From assembly GCA_965223545.1 (NCBI GenBank), contig OZ245006.1, positions 1,088,001-1,152,000 of the forward strand: a DNA stretch of 64,000 nt. The letters are read 5' to 3'. The notes below the pieces were generated by a model that was not told the DNA's origin, ran no database searches, and was given only the letters and a program-made list of their open reading frames with translations. Made by a program: the position numbers and the translations under genes. Numbering within the stretch: position 1 is the stretch's first letter; every line of letters starts with the position of its first letter. Source of the stretch: Planctomycetota bacterium (GTDB taxonomy: Bacteria > Planctomycetota > UBA1135 > UBA2386). Shown piece by piece: positions 18,296 through 26,114 of this stretch.

Positions 18296-19705
18296 TCATC
18301 TCTTAGCAAGCAATTCCGCAATGGCCGCACCCAGTCCCGAAGTCGGGCGAGCCGCTTCGAGGTCCAAGAACCTGCCATCTGCGTCGACCAGGAAGTAGTG
18401 CGGCACCCCCGAAACTCCGAACGCGGTGTAGGGTGCCGATTCGAACCCACCACCGGCCCACAAGCGATGTTCGTTGGCAGACGCCAAACCGCGCTCCTTC
18501 AACGCATCTCGCCATCGTTGTTGTTCATCGTCGACGTTGAGACTCACGAATGCGACGCGGTCGTCCCCACGATAGCTCTCGACGAGATTCTCCCACGCAG
18601 CCGCTTCAACCTTGCAATGCGGACACCAACTCGCCCAGAACTCGATAACGACGAGGCGGCCGTGCAGCGCCGTTGCAGTAAACGCCTTACCTCGTTCGTC
18701 GATGGCCTTGACCGCTGGCGCCGGGCGACCCGGCTGCAGCCCACGCGTCCGGTCCGCGTGCTCTCGCACGATATCCATTAGTGCTGACGATGCCGTGTTG
18801 TTGAGCGCCTGCACAACAGCTGCACGGCCCTCATCATCCAGACCCTCCAATCTGCGAATAGCGCTACGGCCGAGCATGTAGTGCCGCGCGGCATCGTCGG
18901 CCGCCGAAGCACTCACAAATCGAAACCACTCTTCGTGTTGCGACTCGCCCGTCGGACCATCGTGCAGCAGCTCTAGTGGCCTCTGCCACCCACCGTCTGC
19001 CGTCAAATAGTGGGAATCGATAGGCAATAGAGTTCGCGCATATTCCAACAGCGCCGCGGCACTCGCGTCGTCGCGCTTGAAACGGGCGTGGGTCTCGAAT
19101 GCGTACTCGACTCGTGACGCTATGCCTCGCCGCAAGTAGTGCGCTTCGACTTCGCTGAGCTGACCGGCTGTGTGGGCGGCGGCTACTTTGGACCTGGCAG
19201 TCCCGCTCAGTCGGTTGACCGCGTCGATAAACGCTGGCGTCTCGCTCTTCAGCGGGAACGCCATGATGTCGAGCAGACTCGCGAACTCCTGCGCCAAGGT
19301 GTTTGCCTTGTCGTCGACAGGAAACACCATACCGTCTGCCAATCGCTCGACATCGCCGCGGAAGGACGTCGTCTTGCCAGGACGCAAGAAGAGCGGCACT
19401 ACTCGAAGCTGGTCCAAGACTAGAAAGGCTGTGCACGGAACGGATACTGCGGCGCGCCCTTGCAGACGTCCATCAGCAGCAACCGTGACCCGCCCTGCCG
19501 ACGTTTGCCTGAGTTTCCAAAGGTCCAGGACCAGAAGCGGATATTGCCCCGGAGGGCAGTGCCGCAGTAGGCCTTCGACGTCGGCATGACCTACCCCCGG
19601 CACTTCACTGCCAGGTGGCGCCTCGTTTTGGTGGCGCGGAACGACCGTGCATGACGGCAACCACACGAACGTGAGGGCGAGTAAGGAATTGCGATTCCTT
19701 GACAT
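18296..19705 (-). CDS. TlpA/ResA-like thioredoxin-fold lipoprotein with N-terminal extension
   Basis: Signal and lipobox MSRNRNSLLALTFVWLPSC. C-terminal VVIEFWASWCPHCK..FVSLNVD..GVPHYFLVDADG. Visibly lower GC than the flanks. Confidence 0.85.
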   Translation of the reverse strand: MSRNRNSLLALTFVWLPSCTVVPRHQNEAPPGSEVPGVGHADVEGLLRHCPPGQYPLLVLDLWKLRQTSAGRVTVAADGRLQGRAAVSVPCTAFLVLDQLRVVPLFLRPGKTTSFRGDVERLADGMVFPVDDKANTLAQEFASLLDIMAFPLKSETPAFIDAVNRLSGTARSKVAAAHTAGQLSEVEAHYLRRGIASRVEYAFETHARFKRDDASAAALLEYARTLLPIDSHYLTADGGWQRPLELLHDGPTGESQHEEWFRFVSASAADDAARHYMLGRSAIRRLEGLDDEGRAAVVQALNNTASSALMDIVREHADRTRGLQPGRPAPAVKAIDERGKAFTATALHGRLVVIEFWASWCPHCKVEAAAWENLVESYRGDDRVAFVSLNVDDEQQRWRDALKERGLASANEHRLWAGGGFESAPYTAFGVSGVPHYFLVDADGRFLDLEAARPTSGLGAAIAELLAKR

Positions 19706-19884
19706 GGCTTGATTCTCGAACCGAAAAGGCACGCTCTTGGTGAGACCCGACTCCGAACACAATGCGCGTTCTGTAACGAGTTGCCTGCAACCGCCTCGGC
19801 GGCTTCACTGTAGCGGGAGCCAGAGGCCGGGGCAACGCCAGGCCAGACCCAAGGTGGTAGCTCCCGACACGATCTTCGCTTTTC

Positions 19885-22800
19885 CTACCAGTCCGCGCCG
19901 CCAACGAACCTCCGGCGCAACGCGTCCAGCGGCTCGAGTCCCGCTAGCACGACGTCAGCGCTCAAACCGAAGTCGAGCAGACAAGCGATCTCGTCCACCC
20001 CTGCCGCGACCAGCCGTTGCACCATCGCGACCGCGGTGTCGACGCTGCCGAACAGCGCTCCGTCACGCAGATGACCCTCGACGGCGTGCTCGAGCCAAGC
20101 GTCCGCGTTCGCGCGCAGCGCGCGGCGCTCCGCCGAAGCCGCGTCGAGGCGCTCCTCGTGCTGCGCCAAGAACGCGCGCAGGTAGCCACGCATCGGGGCG
20201 CGCACCGCGTCGAACACGGCCGCGTCCGGGGCCCCCAAGTAGCAGTGCAGCATGACGGTCACCTGCCCTGGGCCCTCGTGGCCGGCTGCGCGGCGCAGCT
20301 GCCGGTACTCGGCAATGCGTTGTGCCAGCACGTCGATCGGCTGGTTGACCAGGCCGGTGAGCACGTTGGTGCCGAGCTCGGCGGCGAGCCGCCAGGTCTC
20401 GGGGTTGGCGGCGATCGAGATCCACAGTGGCAGCTCCGCTTGCACGGGGCGCGGCAAGATACGCACCTCGTGCCGGCCGCCGTCGCAGTCGTCGAACGCG
20501 ACGCTCTCACCCGCCCACAGCGCGCGCAGCTGCTCCAGTTGGCGCCGCGTGTCGGCGCCGCGGGTGGCGTGCGACGAACGCGCCAGCACGAAGTCGCGCG
20601 GATGCCAGCCACAGGCCACCGACAGGCCGACGCGGCCGCCCGACAGGTTGTCGATCACCGCCCAGTCCTCGGCGACGCGCACCGGGTGGTGCAGTGGCAG
20701 CACCACGCTGCCGGCGCGGAGCGCGATGCGCTCGGTCGCGGTCGCCAGCGCCGCGGCGGTGACCGCGGGGTTGGGATACAGACCGCCGAACGCCTGAAAG
20801 TGCCGCTCGGGCGTCCAGACGGCGGCGAATCCGGCGCGGTCGGCGGCGCGCGCGCACTCGAGCAACAGGCGATAGCGTGCGGGCTCGGTCGTGGTGCCGT
20901 CGGCGGAGAAGAACAGCAGGCTGAACTGCACCGCGCCCGCCGCCGACTCCGCTGGCGGCGCCACGCGGGGCGCGGCGGGCACCGGCGCCTCCAATGGTGC
21001 CGCGGATCGCGCCGGGGGCGCAGCCCCATCGACACCGTCCGCATCGGCGGCGAGCGAGCTGGCCGGGGCGTCGCGCAGCCGCGCCGCCAGCGCCGCCGCG
21101 CTGGGCGCATCGAACACTTCCCGCAACGTCACGGTCCGCCCGGTGCGCTCCTCGAGCTCCGCGATCAGCGAGAACGCGAGCAACGAGTTGCCGCCGAGCT
21201 CGAAGAAGTCGTCGTCCGCGCGCGCGGCGTCACCGAACACGTGCTGCCAGGCAGCCAGGGTCGCCACACCGAAATCGACTGCGGCGGCCGGAGCACGGGC
21301 AGCCGGCGCGGCGGCCCCGGTGGCGGCCGCCGCAGCAGTGCGCTCGACGGGGCGCTCGACCGGCGGACTCCACGGCAGCCGCACCCGGGCAAACGGGTAG
21401 CCGGGCAGAGAGACCCGACGCGCGGGCCGCTCGCCGCGCACCACGCGCCAATCGACCGCCACGCCGGCCGCCCAAAGGGCAGCCACAGCTTGATCGCAGG
21501 CGCGCTGAGCGTTGCGCGCGCGCGGATCCAGCCCGGCGACCACCACCGGCTGGTCGGGGTGCGCTGCGAGCTGGCCGACCAACGCGCTGCCGACCCCGAC
21601 CTGCAGCAGGACGCGCGCTTCTCGCGTGGCGCGACCGACCGCCGCCCACAGCCCCTCGGCGTCGTCGCCGCACAGCACGGGTGGTGCACCGCCGTCCCGC
21701 TCCGGCCGCGCCACCGCGCCACCGAGGGTCGCTCGCAGCGCTGCTTCGACCGACACCGCGCCGACCACCGCGCGCGCCGCGTTGGTCGCGCCGGTGCCGC
21801 TCGCCACCAGCGCCACGGGCGCGCCCAGCGCGCGCTGCCACCACTCCGCGGCCGCGATCTGCAGGGCGGCGTGGGCGGCCCGCGCCTCGGCGGCATCCGC
21901 CGGCGGCGGTGCAGTCCCCGCGAGCCACGCCGCGGCCGCGCCGCCACCCAGGTCTTGCAGCACTCGCGCACCGCGAGCGAGGGCGGCGCCCAGCGCGGGC
22001 CCCGCCTCGCGCCACGCGGAGAGCCACTCCCCAGCCGGCAGCGGCTCGCCGTCCGCGAGCACCAGCCCGACCGGCGCTTCTGGCAGCACGGCGCGCACCG
22101 CGCCGGCCGCGACCCTCTGCAGCGCCGCGGCGGCCTCGGTCGTGCTGTCGGCCACCAACGCAACGCGGTGCAGCAGCGCACGACGCCCACTCTGCAGCGT
22201 GTGCGCCACCGCCGCCAGCGACGGACCCTCTGCCTGCAGGTGCCGCGCGACGGCCGCCGCCGCCGCGAGCACCGCTTCGACGGATTGGCCCGAGAGCGGC
22301 AGCACCTCGCTGCGCACTGCCGCGTCGCCAGCCGAGGTGCCCGACTGCTCTGCCGCGGAGTCCGGGGCCTCCTGCACGACGACGTGCGCGTTGGTGCCGC
22401 CGACGCCGAACGCGCTGACCCCGGCGCGGCGCACGCCCGACCGCGGCCAAGGGCGCAGCGCATCGTTGACGAAGAACGGCGTCCGCGCGAACTCGATCTC
22501 GGCGTTGGGCCGGCGGTAGTGCAGGCTCGGCGGCACCACGCCGTGCTGGACGGCGAGCACGGTCTTGATCAGGCCGGCGACACCCGCCGCGGCGTCGAGA
22601 TGACCGATGTTGGTCTTCACCGAGCCGAGCGCGCAGCCGCCCGCTTCGACGCCGCCGAACGCCTCGGTCAACGCCGCCACCTCGATCGGGTCGCCGAGCG
22701 CGGTACCGGTGCCGTGCGCCTCGACCATGCCGATGCTGTCCGGCCGCACCCCCGCCACCGACAGCGCCTCGCGCACCACGTCGATCTGCCCGGACACGCC

Positions 22801-23643
22801 GGGCGCGGCAAAGCCCGCCTTGGTGCCGCCGTCGTTGTTGATCGCCGAGCCGATCAACAGCGCGCGCACGGCGTCCCCATCCGCGACCGCGTCGGCGAGC
22901 CGCCGCAGGACCACGACGCCGACGCCATTGCCGGTGACGGTGCCGGCGGCGTCGCGATCGAACGCGCGGCAGTGCCCGTCGGGTGAGGCGATCCCGCCCT
23001 CGACGTAGCGATAGCCGCGCTCCTGCGGCCACGCGATCGCGACCCCACCGGCGAGCACGAGATCGGCATCGCCGGACAGCAAACTCTGGCAGGCGAGATG
23101 CACCGCCACCAGCGACGTCGAGCACGCCGTCTGCACGGCCACGCTCGGCCCGCGCAGGTCGAGGTGGTAGGACACGGTGCTCGGCGTGAAGTCGACGTCG
23201 CGCTCGATGCGGTCCTGGACCGCCGACGCCGGACTCGACGCGGCGGTGCCGGCGGAACTCGGCCGAGCACCGGCGAACACGCCGATGCGGAGCGCGCTGC
23301 GCGCGGGATCGTGACCCGCATCGTCGAGCGCCGCCCAGCAGCACTCGAGGAACACCCGGCGCTGCGGGTCCATGCGCGCCGCCTGCCCCGGCGGGATGCC
23401 GAACACGGCCGCGTCGAACGCCTCGGCATCGGCCAGACAACCCCGCGCCTTCACGTAGCGCGGGTCGTCGAGCACCGCCTGGTCGACGCCCGCGGCGCGC
23501 AGCGCGGCCGAATCGAAGCGCGTGATGCCCTCGCGCCCGTCACACAGCAGCCGCCAGAACGCGGCGGCATCAGCGGCGCCCGGAAAGCGACAGGCCAGAC
23601 CGGTGACCGCGATCGAATCCGCTGGCGCTTCTTGACCGTTCAT
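19885..23643 (-). CDS. Type I PKS: KS - degenerate AT - ACP - luciferase-like monooxygenase (MupA/Atu3671-type LLM)
   Basis: KS: QTACSTSL, EAHGTGT, GHLDAAAG. The AT region lacks GHSxG and HAFH/YASH. ACP: DFFELGGNSL. LLM: FSLLFFS, AVWTPERHF..FGGLYPNP, RAGSVVLPLHHPVRVAEDWAVIDNLSGGRVG, GVDEIACLLDFG. Confidence 0.92.
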   Translation of the reverse strand: MNGQEAPADSIAVTGLACRFPGAADAAAFWRLLCDGREGITRFDSAALRAAGVDQAVLDDPRYVKARGCLADAEAFDAAVFGIPPGQAARMDPQRRVFLECCWAALDDAGHDPARSALRIGVFAGARPSSAGTAASSPASAVQDRIERDVDFTPSTVSYHLDLRGPSVAVQTACSTSLVAVHLACQSLLSGDADLVLAGGVAIAWPQERGYRYVEGGIASPDGHCRAFDRDAAGTVTGNGVGVVVLRRLADAVADGDAVRALLIGSAINNDGGTKAGFAAPGVSGQIDVVREALSVAGVRPDSIGMVEAHGTGTALGDPIEVAALTEAFGGVEAGGCALGSVKTNIGHLDAAAGVAGLIKTVLAVQHGVVPPSLHYRRPNAEIEFARTPFFVNDALRPWPRSGVRRAGVSAFGVGGTNAHVVVQEAPDSAAEQSGTSAGDAAVRSEVLPLSGQSVEAVLAAAAAVARHLQAEGPSLAAVAHTLQSGRRALLHRVALVADSTTEAAAALQRVAAGAVRAVLPEAPVGLVLADGEPLPAGEWLSAWREAGPALGAALARGARVLQDLGGGAAAAWLAGTAPPPADAAEARAAHAALQIAAAEWWQRALGAPVALVASGTGATNAARAVVGAVSVEAALRATLGGAVARPERDGGAPPVLCGDDAEGLWAAVGRATREARVLLQVGVGSALVGQLAAHPDQPVVVAGLDPRARNAQRACDQAVAALWAAGVAVDWRVVRGERPARRVSLPGYPFARVRLPWSPPVERPVERTAAAAATGAAAPAARAPAAAVDFGVATLAAWQHVFGDAARADDDFFELGGNSLLAFSLIAELEERTGRTVTLREVFDAPSAAALAARLRDAPASSLAADADGVDGAAPPARSAAPLEAPVPAAPRVAPPAESAAGAVQFSLLFFSADGTTTEPARYRLLLECARAADRAGFAAVWTPERHFQAFGGLYPNPAVTAAALATATERIALRAGSVVLPLHHPVRVAEDWAVIDNLSGGRVGLSVACGWHPRDFVLARSSHATRGADTRRQLEQLRALWAGESVAFDDCDGGRHEVRILPRPVQAELPLWISIAANPETWRLAAELGTNVLTGLVNQPIDVLAQRIAEYRQLRRAAGHEGPGQVTVMLHCYLGAPDAAVFDAVRAPMRGYLRAFLAQHEERLDAASAERRALRANADAWLEHAVEGHLRDGALFGSVDTAVAMVQRLVAAGVDEIACLLDFGLSADVVLAGLEPLDALRRRFVGGADW

Positions 23644-23730
23644 CGTTCCTCGAGCCGGCTGCGCTGCGGACCCGCGCGCCCATTGTGGCGTGGTGCCGGC
23701 GGATTGGCCAGAGCCCGGGCCGCGATCGAT

Positions 23731-24642
23731 CTACGCGAGCGCGTGCTCGAACGCGGCCCGCAACGCGGCCACCTGGGCGGCGTTGCAGACCTCTGGCGTC
23801 GCCCGCGGGCTATCCGGATAGACCTCGGTCGTCGTCGTGTAGCGCGCATCCGTCACACCGCCGCACAAGCCGAGGCGCGTATAGGGGTAGAGGATGACGC
23901 CATGCTGGATCACGTCGGAGCCAATGATCTGCCCGCGCTCATCGGGCGGCGCGATGTGCGTGACCTTCTCCACGCCGGCGATGATCGCCGCCTGGAACTC
24001 GCGCTGCGGATTCTCGGAGTCGCCGACCGTGTAGAACCCGTCGGGGATCGTGCCGGGCTCGAATGGCTTGCCGTCCCGCGCGGCGAGTGCCGGCCGAAAC
24101 TCCTCCTCGTCGCTGTCGGTGGTCTCGTGCAGGTCGAGATGGAGGAGAAACTCGACGCCCGCCTCGGCCACCAGCGAGATCACCGCGGCCGCCTCCTCGG
24201 AAGGACTGTCGGGGACGAAGGAGCGGTTGGGATCGACGGCGTGCGGATTCCAGCGGTGGATCACCTCGTAGCCCCATGGGCTGACGCACGGCGCGACGAG
24301 GAAGTTGAGCCGGTCACTGTAGTCGGCCGCTGCGGTGTGCAGGAAGGCGAGCGCCCCCTGCACGCCACTGGTCTCGTAGCCGTGCACGCCGCCCGTGATC
24401 AGCGCCCACGGCGCGCCCGGCACCGGCGCGCGGCTGCGCGCCGCCATCAGTGGGTAGCGCGCGGGATCGACACTCAGTGCGCCGTACTGGAAGACCTCGA
24501 AACCGGGCACGTCCTGCAGCTTGTCGAGGACCTCGTCGCGGTAGCTCCGGCGGATCTGGCAGCGCTCACGCCAGAGAGCCTTGTCGGCTTGGGTCCACGG
24601 CTCGCCGGGCGTGCCGATCGGGTAGGGGATGGGAGTGCTCAT
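23731..24642 (-). CDS. M14 family zinc metallocarboxypeptidase (ASTE/ASPA-like)
   Basis: GGVHGYETSG, DPNRSF, HLDLHET, TTTEVYPD. ATG at 24642 overlaps the upstream stop (ATGA). Confidence 0.88.
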   Translation of the reverse strand: MSTPIPYPIGTPGEPWTQADKALWRERCQIRRSYRDEVLDKLQDVPGFEVFQYGALSVDPARYPLMAARSRAPVPGAPWALITGGVHGYETSGVQGALAFLHTAAADYSDRLNFLVAPCVSPWGYEVIHRWNPHAVDPNRSFVPDSPSEEAAAVISLVAEAGVEFLLHLDLHETTDSDEEEFRPALAARDGKPFEPGTIPDGFYTVGDSENPQREFQAAIIAGVEKVTHIAPPDERGQIIGSDVIQHGVILYPYTRLGLCGGVTDARYTTTTEVYPDSPRATPEVCNAAQVAALRAAFEHALA

Positions 24643-25640
24643 GGGCGGGTCGGGGTGGAACACGACCACTCTACTCGGCGACAGAGCGCATGACGCAATC
24701 CGAGGATCGCGAGAAACGTCAGCAGGTACGCCAGGGTGCCAAGCGGCCACATGAGCGAGCGCAAATCGCTCGGGGTGGCGGGGATGAGCTTGACGGCGGC
24801 AAACCACACCGCGCACAAGACAGTCGGGATCGTCGCACCCCAGAACACGTCGAACGCCGAGACGCGATGCGCCATGTCGATGCGATGGACGAGGAGGAGC
24901 GATCCCAGGCCACCGGTCAAGCAGATCGCCGCGTACTTTCCGATCCGGTGGTCGAGCAGGATCCCGGCTTCGCCGATCTCGCGCAGGTGATTGGGGCAGC
25001 CCAAGACATGCGCCAACCACACCACGGCTCCACCAAAAGCGCACATCGCGACCGAGACCGAGATCCGCGTCGACCATGCCGGTCTGGTGTGGATCATCAG
25101 GGATGCGACTCCCATCGCGAGACCGCCGAGGCCACACAAGAGCACGACGGGAGCGGAAGCGGCACGGATACACGCCAGCTTGTCGACGTGGCCTCCCAAG
25201 GTGACCGGCCACGATGCCATGAACACGAGGACCGCCAAGCCGCCGAGGACCCCCGCGGCAAACGAGCACGTGAGCACTGCACGCGCCGCCGTCCTTTGGG
25301 GCACCTTGGGCGCAGCCGTTCCGCGGAACCGGTAGCCCGCGCCGCGCACGTTCTCGACGTAGCCGCGCGCATCCGGTGAGACCGCGCCCAGGACCTTGCG
25401 GATCTGACTGATGGCGGCGTAGACGCTGTCGTCCGTCGCGCTGGCCGGCCAGAACTCCTCCTTCAGAGTCGCCTTGGTCACGATCTCGCCCGGGCGGCGG
25501 GCGAGGTAGGCGAGGACGTCGAACGCCTGCCCCTGCAAACCCCGCACCGGGGCGCCGTCACAAGCCAGTCGCCGGCCGGGGACATCGATCGTGAATGCCC
25601 CAAACCGCAGGTGATCGACGTCGAGACCGGGGCCCACCAT
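24639..25640 (-). CDS. Winged-helix (OmpR/CadC-type) DNA-binding protein with about 6 C-terminal transmembrane helices
   Basis: LRFGAFTID..AFDVLAYLARRPGEIVTKATLKEEFW..ISQIRKVLG..YVENVRGAGYRF, followed by six hydrophobic segments. Confidence 0.8.
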   Translation of the reverse strand: MVGPGLDVDHLRFGAFTIDVPGRRLACDGAPVRGLQGQAFDVLAYLARRPGEIVTKATLKEEFWPASATDDSVYAAISQIRKVLGAVSPDARGYVENVRGAGYRFRGTAAPKVPQRTAARAVLTCSFAAGVLGGLAVLVFMASWPVTLGGHVDKLACIRAASAPVVLLCGLGGLAMGVASLMIHTRPAWSTRISVSVAMCAFGGAVVWLAHVLGCPNHLREIGEAGILLDHRIGKYAAICLTGGLGSLLLVHRIDMAHRVSAFDVFWGATIPTVLCAVWFAAVKLIPATPSDLRSLMWPLGTLAYLLTFLAILGLRHALCRRVEWSCSTPTRP

Positions 25641-25869
25641 TCGAATGACCGCTCCTCACACCGCGCAACGGCGATTCAAAGTCTGATTTGGTCGCTCGCA
25701 AGTGCCGCGAGCCAAGACAGCAAGCACCATTCAGCGAACGATCAGCATCTTACGCCCGAGTTGTGCGTACGCAGGGGACCAAGTGCCCTTGGCAGCGAGC
25801 GTGGATGGGCCCGCGGTCGCGATCCGCTCGAGCCGGTCCAAGGGCGTGGTCTTTTTCCGGAGACAACGC

Positions 25870-26007
25870 ATGCGTTTCATGACCATCTGCGCCCTCGCGC
25901 TCTACCTCTTCACCCGTCCCACAACGGCGCTCGCCGACACACTGCCGCCTTCCCTTGACGGGGGTGCACCGGTCCTGGCCGCCTCCGTCACAGCCGCGGG
26001 TAACTAG
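25870..26007 (+). CDS. Putative small secreted peptide (45 aa)
   Basis: GGAGA ribosome-binding site before ATG 25870. MRFMTICALALYLFTRPTTALA|DTLPPSLDGGAPVLAASVTAAGN has an A-L-A signal peptidase site. Confidence 0.4.
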   Translation: MRFMTICALALYLFTRPTTALADTLPPSLDGGAPVLAASVTAAGN

Positions 26008-26079
26008 CCGCGAATCCAGTGGTGGACCCCGTCCGCGCCGTGGCGAGTGCAGCGGCGCGGAATTTGCTCCTAACGGCCC

Positions 26080-26106
26080 GCAACACTTCGCAACCCGCCG
26101 GTGTGT
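26080..26106 (+). promoter_or_regulatory. Possible ECF-type autoregulatory promoter (GCAAC-N15-GGTGT)
   Basis: GCAAC at 26080 and GGTGT at 26100, about 10 nt before the ECF ATG. Pattern resemblance only. Confidence 0.3.
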
Positions 26107-26114
26107 CCCCCTGC

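Noticed and set aside
23731..25269. 512-aa version of the M14 ORF, and similar over-extended starts (39942-42962, 57600-59273, 62236-63369)
   Set aside because: The N-terminal extensions overlap other real genes. Internal ATGs with coupling or signal peptides are better starts.
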